The notes: a model not told the origin generated them from the letters alone. A stretch of DNA of 64,000 nucleotides from Candidatus Doudnabacteria bacterium (GCA_003151625.1 PLYC01000010.1:133515-197514); one strand, 5' to 3'; counted from the first letter of the stretch, positions 35,439 through 45,870 are shown. A program made the numbers and translations.

Positions 35439-36727
35439 AATGAGCTATATCCTTTAAAGTAATTAATAATCTGGTCCTGCGGTATAGTTTTTTGCTTGCC
35501 GGTCTTCATCATTTTAATGGTTACCTCGCCGCGTTCCTTTTCGTCCGATCCGCACATAACAACAAAAGGTATGCTTTTTTTGTCCGCGTATTTTAATTGT
35601 TTCGCAATTTTGGCCGGTTCAAAATAAATTTCCGCTTTTAACCCAGCCGTCTGTATATCACCCAAAATTTTAAGTGAATCCGGCAAGGTGTCCGCGTCAA
35701 AATATGCTACTAATGCCTGCGAATTTAAGCTTATTTCGTCAAGCAGTTTAAGTTGTTCCATCGCTACAATAATACGGTCAAATCCAAAGGCAACGCCCAC
35801 CCCGCTGAATTTTTCAGGGCAAAAAAGTGAGCACAGGTCGTCATACCTGCCTCCGGCGCAAACGGCTCCAATGTCCACTTCCGGTATGTAAACTTCAAAA
35901 ATAACGCCGGTATAATAATCCAGACCCCGCGCCAGACTGGGATCAAAAACCAAAACTTCATCCGGAATTCCAAACCCCTTTGCAATTTTTAAAAACTCCT
36001 GGATTTCAGTAATGTTATATTTTTGAAATAAGTTTAATCTTTCGTTTGAACTGCCTTCTACGCACACTAATTCCAATAATTTTGAAACCTCGGAGTCAGA
36101 AGCTAAAGACTTAAGCTCCTGTTTGATTTCGGCAGGGCTTAACTTATCCATTTTATCCAATATCCTAATCATCCCTGCCTGATTCTCGGCCGGGATTTTT
36201 AGGTCGTTCAAAATACTGTTAATCAATCTGCGGCTGTTAAATTTAATTTTAAACTTGGAAAAGCCCAAGGTAGTAAAAACTTCGGCCATTACTTTGGCGA
36301 TTTCGGCTTCAGCCACCAGGCTCTGTGTGCCGATAATATCTATGTCGCACTGGTAAAATTCCCTATATCTGCCTTTTGCCGGCCTGTCAGCCCGCCAAAC
36401 TCTTCCAATCTGGTACCGCTTAAAAGGCATTGGTAAAGTTTTGTAGTTGGCGGCCACCACTCTGGCAAAGGGGACGGTTTGATCATAACGCAGGCAAATA
36501 TCTCTGTCGCCATTATCCTTAAAACGGTAAACTAGTTTGGATCCCTCTTCGCCATACTTGCCTAATATTGTTTCCGCGTATTCAATTGCCGGAGTTTCGA
36601 TGGCATCGTAGCCAAACTTTGTAAACACAGTTTTAATTTTTTCCAAAACATAATCTCTCTTTGCCATTTGTTCGGGCAAAAAGTCCCTTGTTCCCTGTAA
36701 TATTTTTGGTTCAATAAATTGGTTCAT
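35435..36727 (-). CDS. hisS: Histidyl-tRNA synthetase (catalytically intact), translationally coupled to short hisG; possible dual HisS/HisZ role
   Basis: Motif 2 WRADRPAKGRYREFYQCDIDIIG, ARGLDYYTG, motif 3 GGRYDDL and a complete anticodon-binding domain. Confidence 0.85.
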   Translation of the reverse strand: MNQFIEPKILQGTRDFLPEQMAKRDYVLEKIKTVFTKFGYDAIETPAIEYAETILGKYGEEGSKLVYRFKDNGDRDICLRYDQTVPFARVVAANYKTLPMPFKRYQIGRVWRADRPAKGRYREFYQCDIDIIGTQSLVAEAEIAKVMAEVFTTLGFSKFKIKFNSRRLINSILNDLKIPAENQAGMIRILDKMDKLSPAEIKQELKSLASDSEVSKLLELVCVEGSSNERLNLFQKYNITEIQEFLKIAKGFGIPDEVLVFDPSLARGLDYYTGVIFEVYIPEVDIGAVCAGGRYDDLCSLFCPEKFSGVGVAFGFDRIIVAMEQLKLLDEISLNSQALVAYFDADTLPDSLKILGDIQTAGLKAEIYFEPAKIAKQLKYADKKSIPFVVMCGSDEKERGEVTIKMMKTGKQKTIPQDQIINYFKGYSSL

Positions 36728-36785
36728 AAAAAAAATGTTAATTAAAAATCCACCCTGCTAATTTAGGGTGGGCGGTTTAAGAGCT

Positions 36786-37085
36786 TTAATTCGTCTTAAC
36801 GCCGAGACGTTTAAGCACCAAACCATACCCACCCATGCCATGATGCAGCCAGTGGGCAACACGAGTGATAGTAGCGGTGCTGGAACCGGTTTGTTTGCAA
36901 ATTTCTCTATAAGATTCCTGATTGGAAACTTTCTTGGCTACCTGAAAACGTTCTGCCATAGCTTCAAGCTCGGCAATCGTGCATAAATCTCTAAAGAATT
37001 GTTTGCATTCTTTGGTATTTTTGAGTTTAAGAATACCTAAAAACAACTCCTCAAATTCTTTGGTATTTAACAACTTGTCTTCCAT
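36786..37085 (-). CDS. TrpR-like YerC/YecD-family protein
   Basis: FFRDLCTIAELEAMAERFQVAK and TGSSTATITRV match the YerC/YecD family. Confidence 0.7.
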   Translation of the reverse strand: MEDKLLNTKEFEELFLGILKLKNTKECKQFFRDLCTIAELEAMAERFQVAKKVSNQESYREICKQTGSSTATITRVAHWLHHGMGGYGLVLKRLGVKTN

Positions 37086-37220
37086 AAATATAACTGTTTT
37101 AACGTGTTAATACACTAACACGATTATATTAGCAGGGTGCTAAAAATTTGTCAATAGTTTATCGGCTGTCATTGGCTGGCTCTTAGGACTGGCCCTGAAA
37201 CAATTTAGGAACCGGCGGTA

Positions 37221-37961
37221 TTAAAATTGGCATTGGTTTCTTTCGTAAATTTTGATTTCATTTGTTTCCATATCCTGCACCACGTTTTCAATCCTTCTCT
37301 TATCGCCGTTGGTGGATACAGTATCGTCCAGAGAATATGCTTGTAGCGGTTTTAAACCCCAGCCGCTGTATTCTAATGTTCTAAACAAATAACCGATAAA
37401 CGTTCCTGTGAACCGGTATAGTCGGATGCAGGATTTTATTTTGTCTTCTACGTCATCGCCGTAACCTTTCCACTTCCGTAGCCTCGGCGATAATTCAATC
37501 CACTGGTCAACCATAAAGCGCAACAGTGGTATAAGTTCCTGCTGCGCTTTTATATTACCTTTTTGAGCAAGCCGAACCAAGGCAATACTTATGGCATCAC
37601 GAAACATTCGGTCGTCCGGATCTGCCGGCGCGATAAAAATATACAGCTTTTCTTGGAATGGTTTTAGCACCGCCCGAACTTCCCGGATATTTCTGTACGG
37701 CTTAACTTTTTTCGGTCTGCGCTGCGTCCAGCGCTTTTGAAACTCCCGGTCCAACTTGCGAACCACTGCATCCCAATCAATGTCGCCAAGCGGAGTTTTT
37801 ACCTTTCTCCAGACGTAATGGTAGACCTGCGGGGTTTGGTAATATATCCAAGAACTGCTAAATAAGGCCGGTTGTTGCTTTTGGAGGGTGGTGTTTAGTA
37901 GTTGGATAGCTTCGTTAATATCCATGGTATAATTACACCATAGAGACAGCGGAACAGCCAA
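37221..37961 (-). CDS. Hypothetical protein
   Basis: 246 aa ORF adjacent to the IS3 element. No family recognised. Confidence 0.4.
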   Translation of the reverse strand: MAVPLSLWCNYTMDINEAIQLLNTTLQKQQPALFSSSWIYYQTPQVYHYVWRKVKTPLGDIDWDAVVRKLDREFQKRWTQRRPKKVKPYRNIREVRAVLKPFQEKLYIFIAPADPDDRMFRDAISIALVRLAQKGNIKAQQELIPLLRFMVDQWIELSPRLRKWKGYGDDVEDKIKSCIRLYRFTGTFIGYLFRTLEYSGWGLKPLQAYSLDDTVSTNGDKRRIENVVQDMETNEIKIYERNQCQF

Positions 37962-38071
37962 GTTTGGACACGTGACGCAGGCTTATGATCTGTACCCCGA
38001 AAAGTAGACACTCGTGTCTCTTTTTTTGTATCCGTCTACAATAAGTACAGATCAACTAATTCATACTAACC

Positions 38072-38443
38072 ATGAGCAGAAAACAAGCATTCACCAGCGA
38101 CCAAATCAGACAACTGTCCAAGAACCCCAACATCTCCCGTTGCGGCAGCAATACGGTCCGTTACAGCAGGGCGTTCAAGCAAGAGGCCATGAGGCAGTAC
38201 GAGGCAGGATTATCCGCAGTGGAGATATTCCAAAATGCCGGAATTGATTTGGATACCATCGGCAAGTACGCCCCCAACCACTTAATGCACCAATGGCGGG
38301 CATCACTTCGGGCCAAGTCCGGAGAAAAGGTCGATCCCTTAACAAGGCCAAACAACAACCTGGAAATGCTGAAGGCCCAGGTGGCCTACCTGAAGGCGGA
38401 AAACGATTTTTTAGCCAAGCTCCGGGCACGGAAAAGAAAATAG
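38072..38443 (+). CDS. IS3-family transposase OrfA (HTH + leucine zipper)
   Basis: LEMLKAQVAYLKAENDFLAKL zipper. Ends in the A-rich frameshift window CGGAAAAGAAAATAG. Confidence 0.85.
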   Translation: MSRKQAFTSDQIRQLSKNPNISRCGSNTVRYSRAFKQEAMRQYEAGLSAVEIFQNAGIDLDTIGKYAPNHLMHQWRASLRAKSGEKVDPLTRPNNNLEMLKAQVAYLKAENDFLAKLRARKRK

Positions 38444-39315
38444 GCTTAAGGCCTTGCCAGCAGTTTGCCATTATCAAAAAGCTTGGCGGAAACCTCAAGC
38501 TCCTCTGCGGGATCGCCCGGGTCTCGCGGGCCGGTTACTACAAATGGCTCAAGGGGCAAGGCAAGCAGCCCAAAGATTATGAGGATTATCTGCTGGTTAA
38601 GAAAATCTTTGACCAAGGCAAGGGCAAGTGGGGCTGGAGAACCATCCAGATGCATTTAAAGGATGATTACGGTATAATTATGAACCACAAGAAGATTGAG
38701 AGGATCAAAAATGACTACGGCTTAATTACCAAAATCAGGAGGAAAAATCCGTACAAGGCCATGCTCAAAAAGACTCTTGAGCACCGGGTGTACCCCAATA
38801 TCTTAAATCGGCAGTTCCGGCAAACTCAGCCCAAGACGGTTTTTTGCACGGACATTACCTATTTGCCTTTTAGCGACAAGCTGACCTACCTTTCTGCGGT
38901 CAAAGACATCGCCAGCCGGGAAATCGTAGGCTGGAGCATGTCACAAAATATCCAGATGGATTTAGTCTTAAACACCTTGGACAATTTAAAACAAAACATG
39001 CCTGGAAAAGAGGTACTCCTGCATTCGGATCAAGGTTCTCATTACACCAGCCCGGACTTCGCCTTAAAGGCCAAGGCGCTTAATCTGATCCAGTCCATGT
39101 CCCGGAAAGGCAACTGCACGGATAACGGTCCCATGGAATCGTTCTTCGGCCACTTCAAGGACGAGGTGGATTTTAAGGACTGCAAAACCTTCGCGGAGCT
39201 GGAAGAGTTGACCGCCGCCTACATGGACTATTACAATACCAAAAGGAAGCAGTGGAACTTAAACAAAATGACGCCGGAACAATACCGGCAATACCTGATA
39301 GAAAAAAGCGGCTAA
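38293..39315 (+). CDS. IS3-family transposase OrfB (DDE integrase core)
   Basis: ARVSRAGYYKW, CTDITYLP and SDQGSHYTS are DDE motifs. The likely product is an OrfAB fusion via a -1 frameshift near 38430-38445. Confidence 0.85.
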   Translation: MAGITSGQVRRKGRSLNKAKQQPGNAEGPGGLPEGGKRFFSQAPGTEKKIGLRPCQQFAIIKKLGGNLKLLCGIARVSRAGYYKWLKGQGKQPKDYEDYLLVKKIFDQGKGKWGWRTIQMHLKDDYGIIMNHKKIERIKNDYGLITKIRRKNPYKAMLKKTLEHRVYPNILNRQFRQTQPKTVFCTDITYLPFSDKLTYLSAVKDIASREIVGWSMSQNIQMDLVLNTLDNLKQNMPGKEVLLHSDQGSHYTSPDFALKAKALNLIQSMSRKGNCTDNGPMESFFGHFKDEVDFKDCKTFAELEELTAAYMDYYNTKRKQWNLNKMTPEQYRQYLIEKSG

Positions 39316-39487
39316 AACCAGGCCGCCGATCGTGTCTACTAAATGGGGTACGCATCACATTAAGGCGTGTTCCAAGTGTTCCAAAACGGTCCAGCGCGGC
39401 GCGACCTACCAACCCTGGCCGCCATTGGTCAAGACTCCAAAAACCCCTTATAATGGTTGTAACGGACGGGTACTAGACCTGTACGTT

Positions 39488-39562
39488 CAGCCAACACTTT
39501 TCACCAATGTCTATTGGTGTTTTTTGTTAGGCCACAAATTACTTTGGAACTATGGTATAATA
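39488..39562 (+). promoter_or_regulatory. Second copy of the R1 promoter cassette (CACCAATGTCTATTGGTG...TGGTATAAT)
   Basis: See 21178-21256. Confidence 0.5.
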
Positions 39563-39678
39563 CAATTACAAAATATTAAGTCTTAAAACTAACATGTCAG
39601 CAGAAAAATCAACAAACTCTGAATACTCAAGGGCCCAGGATGAAGCTCGAGAGGTCAGGGCGGACATCATTCCATAAG

Positions 39679-39794
39679 GCCAGCCAACAACTTTTTTTAT
39701 CGTAGAGACCGAGGAGCATTGTAGATAAGCCAGATTTTTAGTTCTTATCCTAGGTGCGTGACTGCTCCCCCATTTAGGATTCGAACCAAAATAA
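39679..39794 (+). repeat. tRNA-fragment-like repeat R2 (CAGCCAACAAC...AGACCGAGGAG...TAGGATTCGAACCAAAAT)
   Basis: About 115 nt, closely similar to 49778-49893. Partial copies at 19846-19885, 44620-44760 and 53769-53795. Confidence 0.55.
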
Positions 39795-39894
39795 CACTAA
39801 AATAATCATATGATTTAATAGTTTGCGATCAAAACTTGCGTTGTTTAGGAATAATTACAAATAATTCTTTATTTAAATTAATTTCAATGGCCTT

Positions 39895-41376
39895 ATGAAG
39901 CTAAACGAACCGTTAAAAATTCTGTTTGTCGGATCCGAAGCGTCACCTTTTGTAAAAATCGGAGGGTTGGGCGAGTTTCTTTATACTTTGCCAAAAGCGC
40001 TTCGGGAGCTGAATCATGACGTTCGCGTGATAATTCCCAAATACGCGAGCGTTGATGCGGAAAAATTTCCCATGACCACCGTGATCGAAGGATTAATAGT
40101 TCCCAATCCGGGGCACGAGGACATCGTTTGCAACATTAAAAAATATAATAACGACAACCCGCTGGATCCGATCAATTATTTTTTGGAAAATGAAGAATAT
40201 TACGAGAAACGCGGTAGTGTTTATGGCTACGACGATGATGCTGACCGTTGGGCTCTTCTGTCCCGCGGTACGATAGAATTTATTCGAAACCAGAACGAGT
40301 GGCGGCCGGATATTATTGTAGCCAACGATTGGCAGGGGGGACTTCTCCCTAATTATATGAAAACTGAATATAAGGATGATCCGGTAATTTCCAAAATTGC
40401 GACCGTGTTTGTAATTCACAATTTATACTTCCAGGGAATGTTTGACCACCATCACATCAGTGAGCTTAATTATGACGATGGCAAGTCAGATGTCCCACCG
40501 ATCACCGACCCGAGGCTGTTAAAGACAAATTTCATGAGCCGCGGCATACGTTTTGCGGATGTGGTTAGCACTGTCTCAGCCAACTACGCCCGTGAAATTA
40601 CCACTCCTGAGTACGGCGAGCGCCTCGACACTTTGTTGCAGGAGCGAAGGTCCCATCTGTATGGGATACTTAACGGTATCAGCTATCAGCGGTATAACCC
40701 CGAAACTAACCCTTATGTTGAATTTAAATACAACGCCGAAAGTTTAAACGAACGGAGCAGAAATAAAAAGATTCTTCAACAAAAATTCAATTTGGCGGAG
40801 CAGGGCGATGTTTTTGTGGTCGCGATTGTTTCCCGATTGAATGATCAAAAGGGATTGGATTTGGTGACCGGGACGATTGAGCCTCTCTTGGATAATTTTG
40901 ATTTTCAATTTGTGGTGGTGGGGTCGGGCGAGTCCAAGTATCTTACATTTTTCGAAGACCTCGACAAAAAGTACCCGCAAGTGGCGACTCATCTTTCGTA
41001 TGACGAAATTTTACCCCAAGTAATTTATTCCGGCGCTGATATGATTCTTATCCCATCCAAGTTTGAGCCGTCGGGTTTAACCCAAATGGAGGCCATGCGC
41101 TATGGCATGATTCCTTTGGTGCGCAAAACCGGAGGGCTGGCCGACAGTGTCGAGGATTACAATCCGATTACTCAGACCGGAACCGGTTTCGTGTTTGAAA
41201 AATATGAGCAATACGCCTTCTTCGGGACATTCGTTCGCGCGCTTGAGACATATAAATATCATAACATTTGGCAGGGTATCCAAAAACGCGCCATGGCCGC
41301 CAATTTTTCCTGGGAAAAATCCGCTAAAGAATACGTCAAGCTTTTCAAACGCGCACTGGACCAATTTAACCTGTAA
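39895..41376 (+). CDS. glgA: Glycogen synthase (GT5)
   Basis: KILFVGSEASPFVKIGGLGEF N-terminal signature. Length fits. Confidence 0.9.
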   Translation: MKLNEPLKILFVGSEASPFVKIGGLGEFLYTLPKALRELNHDVRVIIPKYASVDAEKFPMTTVIEGLIVPNPGHEDIVCNIKKYNNDNPLDPINYFLENEEYYEKRGSVYGYDDDADRWALLSRGTIEFIRNQNEWRPDIIVANDWQGGLLPNYMKTEYKDDPVISKIATVFVIHNLYFQGMFDHHHISELNYDDGKSDVPPITDPRLLKTNFMSRGIRFADVVSTVSANYAREITTPEYGERLDTLLQERRSHLYGILNGISYQRYNPETNPYVEFKYNAESLNERSRNKKILQQKFNLAEQGDVFVVAIVSRLNDQKGLDLVTGTIEPLLDNFDFQFVVVGSGESKYLTFFEDLDKKYPQVATHLSYDEILPQVIYSGADMILIPSKFEPSGLTQMEAMRYGMIPLVRKTGGLADSVEDYNPITQTGTGFVFEKYEQYAFFGTFVRALETYKYHNIWQGIQKRAMAANFSWEKSAKEYVKLFKRALDQFNL

Positions 41377-41394
41377 TCATTAAGACTAATATGT

Positions 41395-42888
41395 ATGCGG
41401 TGGGCAAATTTTTTGCACATGTACCAGCCGGCAGAACAGCAGCCGGATATTCTGGAGGCGATTGTCGTCCAAAGCTACCGGCCAATTATCGAAGGCTTGC
41501 TTAAGCATAAGCAGGTACGTCTGACGCTGAACATCAACGGCGCTTTATTGGAATTATTGGATAAGTATAATCATCGCGATATTATCGACAATCTTCGAGA
41601 GCTTGGGTCACAAAAGCGGATTGAGTTTACATCCTCGGCCAAATACCATGCTTTGCTGCCTTTTTTAAATGGCCAGGAAATCGACCGTCAAATTAGGCTT
41701 AATAATGAATCACTGGAATTTTTTCTCGGGAAAGATGTCAAACCCCAAGGTTTTTTTGCGCCAGAAATGGCCTATGATGAAAAAATTCTGTCGATTGTCG
41801 AAAGTTTGGGTTTTAAATGGCTGATCTTGGACGAAATTTCCTGCGGAGGGGAAGTCGGCCATGTCGATTATAATAAAATTTACAAGATTACTGGCACCAA
41901 CCTGAGCGTCTTTTTCCGCGACCGGAGGTTGAGCAATTTAATTATGAGCGCGGTGGTACGGTCCAGGGAGACTCTGCTTGAAGCCATGCGCGACAACCTC
42001 AACAGCGGCCGCTACATTGTGACTGCCATGGATATGGAAACCTTTGGCCACCATCGCCCAGGCCTGGAAAAAATGCTGTTTGAAGTATTTGACACTCCCG
42101 AATTCGAGCTAATTCAAATTTCGGATATTGCCGGGTATTACAAAGAAACCAAAGAAATAATTCCTGCCAAAGCGACCTGGGCCTCAAGCAAGCAGGACAT
42201 TGATAATGGAAGCCAATTCCTCTCGTGGTCGGATCCGGAAAATATTATCCATAAATGGCAGTGGGCATTCACTGGCATGGTGCTCAAAGAAGTATACGCA
42301 ATGGATAAAATCCATCCAAGATATAATTTGGTCCGTAAAAAAATGGATATTGCCCTAGCCTCAGACCAATTTTGGTGGGCCTCAGCCAAGCCATGGTGGA
42401 GCTTGGAAATGATTGAGGATGGGGCTTACCGTCTCCTTGATACGTTGCGCTACATTCCTGATGTCGGGAAAGAGAAACTTGAGCAAGGGCGTGATTTTTA
42501 TGAGCATATTATCGCTACCGCCTTCAATTGGCAAAGAACCGGAAAAATCCGTCAGATGATGGCGGAGCAGGGAGCCATTTTGCGCATACCGTTTAAGGAC
42601 CGAACCATCGGCCGGGGCGGCGCGGAAGAAGGGGTATACTGGGCGTTTATTGATATAATGAAGCGGCTGGAAAAAACGGCCGCTTCAAGTGGCGAGTACG
42701 AGAAAGCGATTCTTTGGCGCGATGCGATCTACAAGCTTGAAAATAAACTGGATATTTACGACACCATCAACGCCATCGATCTTTTGCGCGTTGAAATCCC
42801 TCATAATGAAGTCGAAGCCACGATTGAAAAATACAAGGCGAAATATTACGCCATTCGTGGCGGCCAGCCGGAACAGCGCGGCACGTAA
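41395..42888 (+). CDS. GH57-family alpha-glucan-active enzyme (amylase / 4-alpha-glucanotransferase / branching type)
   Basis: N-terminal HMYQP and typical GH57 blocks. Sits in the glycogen gene cluster. Confidence 0.75.
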   Translation: MRWANFLHMYQPAEQQPDILEAIVVQSYRPIIEGLLKHKQVRLTLNINGALLELLDKYNHRDIIDNLRELGSQKRIEFTSSAKYHALLPFLNGQEIDRQIRLNNESLEFFLGKDVKPQGFFAPEMAYDEKILSIVESLGFKWLILDEISCGGEVGHVDYNKIYKITGTNLSVFFRDRRLSNLIMSAVVRSRETLLEAMRDNLNSGRYIVTAMDMETFGHHRPGLEKMLFEVFDTPEFELIQISDIAGYYKETKEIIPAKATWASSKQDIDNGSQFLSWSDPENIIHKWQWAFTGMVLKEVYAMDKIHPRYNLVRKKMDIALASDQFWWASAKPWWSLEMIEDGAYRLLDTLRYIPDVGKEKLEQGRDFYEHIIATAFNWQRTGKIRQMMAEQGAILRIPFKDRTIGRGGAEEGVYWAFIDIMKRLEKTAASSGEYEKAILWRDAIYKLENKLDIYDTINAIDLLRVEIPHNEVEATIEKYKAKYYAIRGGQPEQRGT

Positions 42889-42896
42889 TTCCATTT

Positions 42897-44600
42897 ATGA
42901 ATATATCAACTGATTATAAGACTTGGTTTGATGGTTTTAAAACCAGACAGGAGTACGGGGATTTTTTAAAAAAACCGGTGGCTTACTTTTGCGCAGAGTA
43001 CGAGCTGTTTGCCTATCTGCCTACTTATGCCGGAGGATTGGGAATCCTGGCCGGAGATTATGCCAGGGAAGCCGGAATTCGAAAATTCCCTCTGCTCTTT
43101 GTCGGTCTTTACTATCGCAACGCGCAAAATAGCCTAACCCCATCAAGCAGTTCACGCGGGGATTTTTTAGAGGAAGCCGGGCTTAAATTGGTGACAAACA
43201 GGCACAATGAGCGCCTGCTCATCAGCCTCCCCATCCACGATCGCGTAATTCATGCACAGGCCTGGGCGTGGACCAGGGAGGGGGCCACAGTGTATCTGCT
43301 GGATACCAATATAGAAGAAAACCAGCCGCACGACCGCGTTATCACCGCCCGCCTTTACACAGACGACCGTGAAATGCGCCTAAAGCAGGAAATACTTCTT
43401 GGCATAGGGGGCTTCCGCCTGCTGGAGCAGCTTGATTATCACTGTTCCGTTTACCACTTAAATGAGGGGCATTCAGCGTTTTTGGCTTTGGAATTAATCC
43501 ATCATGAAATGAAGCACCAGCGCGTTGATTTTCAGACCGCTGTCGTATACGCACGCCAGCATATTGTTTTTACCAACCACACCCTGATTGCTGCCGGGCA
43601 AGAGCAATTTACCACCGAGCTGATCTCGGCAATGATGATTGAATACGCCAAAGAAATGGAAGTTAGCGTGGCTGACATCATTTCTTTGGGCACGATTGAA
43701 GGTTCAAATCTTTTTTCTATGACTGTGCTGTCTTTCCGTCTGGCCAGCAGAATAAGCGGTGTGAGCAAACTTCACGCCGCTAAAGCGCATGAAATTTGGC
43801 CCCAGCACCCGATGAATTACGTGACCAACGGCATTTTTTTGCCGCATTGGGACAAAATCGGCAGTCGGGATGGCGCAAATTTTTGGGAACAGCACCAGGA
43901 AAATAAAAAAAGGCTTCTCTCTCATATCAAAGATAAAACAGGCGAGGTCTGGGACGAAAACATTTTGCTTTTCGGCTGGGCGCGGCGCGTCGTTCCTTAT
44001 AAACGGCCGTTGGTGTTTTTGGAACCGCTCGAACAGTTTTTGGCGCTTGCAAAAGATGCAAGTAAACCGCTCAGAGTTGTCTTTGCCGGACCCACTGATA
44101 ATGACAACGGATTAAATAACGAGCTGTTAGTTAAGCTTAAAAAAATTATTGAAGAAAAATTAAAAGGCATCGGAGTATTTTTACCGAACTACAATGTGGA
44201 ACTGGCGAAACTGATGACTGCCGGCTCGGATGTTTGGCTCAATACTCCAGTGGTCGGTTCTGAAGCGTGCGGCACCAGCGGCATGAAGGCATTACTCAAC
44301 GGCGTACTTCCGCTGTCCACTCGCGACGGCTGGGTTGACGAGGTTGACCTCTCGGCTATCGGTTGGGTTGTTGATGAACCAAATGTCGGGGTAAAGATGC
44401 TTGATGTCGCGGCCAAGGAAATTATCCCGGCCTATTACGGGCATCGTGCCAACCCCAATGGATCAAAGTGGCTAAATCGCATGCAAAATGGCCGTCGGAT
44501 CATTATTGAGCAATTTTCAACCTCGCGCGTGCTTAAACAATATATTGAGGAACTGTATATCCCTACTCTGGCCCAAAAGCACGAGCATAAGTATGAATAA
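42897..44600 (+). CDS. glgP: Alpha-glucan (glycogen/maltodextrin) phosphorylase, short GT35 type
   Basis: AEYELFAYLPTYAGGLGILAGD and the PLP-Lys region ACGTSGMKALLNG. Confidence 0.85.
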   Translation: MNISTDYKTWFDGFKTRQEYGDFLKKPVAYFCAEYELFAYLPTYAGGLGILAGDYAREAGIRKFPLLFVGLYYRNAQNSLTPSSSSRGDFLEEAGLKLVTNRHNERLLISLPIHDRVIHAQAWAWTREGATVYLLDTNIEENQPHDRVITARLYTDDREMRLKQEILLGIGGFRLLEQLDYHCSVYHLNEGHSAFLALELIHHEMKHQRVDFQTAVVYARQHIVFTNHTLIAAGQEQFTTELISAMMIEYAKEMEVSVADIISLGTIEGSNLFSMTVLSFRLASRISGVSKLHAAKAHEIWPQHPMNYVTNGIFLPHWDKIGSRDGANFWEQHQENKKRLLSHIKDKTGEVWDENILLFGWARRVVPYKRPLVFLEPLEQFLALAKDASKPLRVVFAGPTDNDNGLNNELLVKLKKIIEEKLKGIGVFLPNYNVELAKLMTAGSDVWLNTPVVGSEACGTSGMKALLNGVLPLSTRDGWVDEVDLSAIGWVVDEPNVGVKMLDVAAKEIIPAYYGHRANPNGSKWLNRMQNGRRIIIEQFSTSRVLKQYIEELYIPTLAQKHEHKYE

Positions 44601-44887
44601 AGAGTCTCTTTATAATTTTCCTGCTAGGGTTCGAACCAATTTTTTGATAATTGGTAGAAAGCATTCCGCATATTTAAGACAATTTAGATTCTGAACCGAG
44701 CAGGGTTCGAATACTAGCGCCGCAGCCATCAACACTTTTTATCGAGTGACCGAGGTGCGTCTCAAAAAGTCCACATCCGAGACGCGTCACCACACAGTGA
44801 TGCGTGCAATCGTACCGAGAGGTGTCAGCCCCGCGTGGCCAAATTTTTACACCCCGACAGGGATGGAGCCACAAAGATAGAGAATAA

Positions 44888-44916
44888 AAAAAATCCGGAT
44901 GCCCCGGATTTTTTTG
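44888..44916. terminator. Bidirectional terminator AAAAAAAATCCGG-ATGCC-CCGGATTTTTTT
   Basis: Seen directly. Confidence 0.65.
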
Positions 44917-45192
44917 TTGAGAAGTTTTAGTTAGTCATCCCCGCGATGCTGAGTAAATAATCTTTTTAAATAATAAATACATCCCTCCTTTAAGTAACAC
45001 TGCTTGAATTCCCTGATGCTACGGCCGTAAGGCCGTAGTACTTCACTTTCTTAAATCTTGAACGCAAAATAAACAGAAAGCTCCTAATAAGTGCATAACT
45101 TACCTTTGGGCTATATACTGTATCTAAAATAGGGAGTATGCTTAAAGCCGATGGTATGAATAGTTAAATTATTAGCCAATCGTTTAATTAGT

Positions 45193-45810
45193 GTGCTTAA
45201 TTATAATTATATGAACAATTCAAAACTGGAGTTATTAACTCCAAAAAACAGCCTCTTGCTGTTGGTTGATTACCAGTCCGCCATGTTTAACGGCGTCGGT
45301 TCGGGAGACCGGACAAACATCAAAAATAACGCCGTAGCAACAGCCAAGGCCGCCAGTATATTAAGCGTGCCAACAGTGTTTACTTCCATTTACCCTAAAG
45401 GGAATGGAGAATTTATTAAAGAACTTACCGATATCTTTCCCAAACTCAAAGTCATTGCCCGTAAATTGCCCGGCTTTGATGCCTTGGAAGATAAGGCGGT
45501 GCTTTCAGCCGTCAAAGCTACCGGACATAAAAAATTGGTTATTTCGGGTTTATGGACCAGTATGTGTTTTGCCTTCACGGCTCTGCATGGTTTGAGCGAG
45601 GGAATGGATGTTTATGGTCTTATGGACGCTGCCGGGGACGCGACACGGGACGCCCACAAGTACGGCATTAAGCGGATGATGCAGGCGGGCGTAATACCCA
45701 TTACTTGGGAGACAGTAACTTCCGAATGGATGCATGACTGGAATAATCCTAAAGCGTCGCGGTTGAAAAAGGAAGTCTATGGAAAATATGATGTGATGTT
45801 GGGAATATAA
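45193..45810 (+). CDS. Isochorismatase-family cysteine hydrolase (YcaC-like)
   Basis: LLLVDYQSAMF (Asp), a Lys, and SGLWTSMCF (catalytic Cys). Confidence 0.8.
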   Translation: MLNYNYMNNSKLELLTPKNSLLLLVDYQSAMFNGVGSGDRTNIKNNAVATAKAASILSVPTVFTSIYPKGNGEFIKELTDIFPKLKVIARKLPGFDALEDKAVLSAVKATGHKKLVISGLWTSMCFAFTALHGLSEGMDVYGLMDAAGDATRDAHKYGIKRMMQAGVIPITWETVTSEWMHDWNNPKASRLKKEVYGKYDVMLGI

Positions 45811-45870
45811 TTTTTAGCGTGAAGAAGTAATAAAATAGGATAGAGCAGCGACATTATTAATTCAAAAATT

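Larger units (their letters stand above)
37985..39357 (+). mobile_element. IS3-family insertion sequence (about 1.37 kb) with imperfect terminal inverted repeats
   Basis: IRL TGATCTGTACCCCGAAAAGTAGACAC. The reverse complement of IRR is TGATGCGTACCCCATTTAGTAGACAC. OrfA and OrfB lie in a -1 frame arrangement. Confidence 0.8.

Noticed and set aside
40093-40419. 108-aa minus ORF inside glgA and similar antisense ORFs in glgP and the GH57 gene
   Set aside because: Antisense to well-conserved genes.
44616-44780. Possible tRNA gene (GGTTCGAAT T-loop-like motifs, CAGCCA end)
   Set aside because: Could not build acceptor, D or anticodon stems on either strand. Interpreted as a tRNA-derived repeat fragment (R2).
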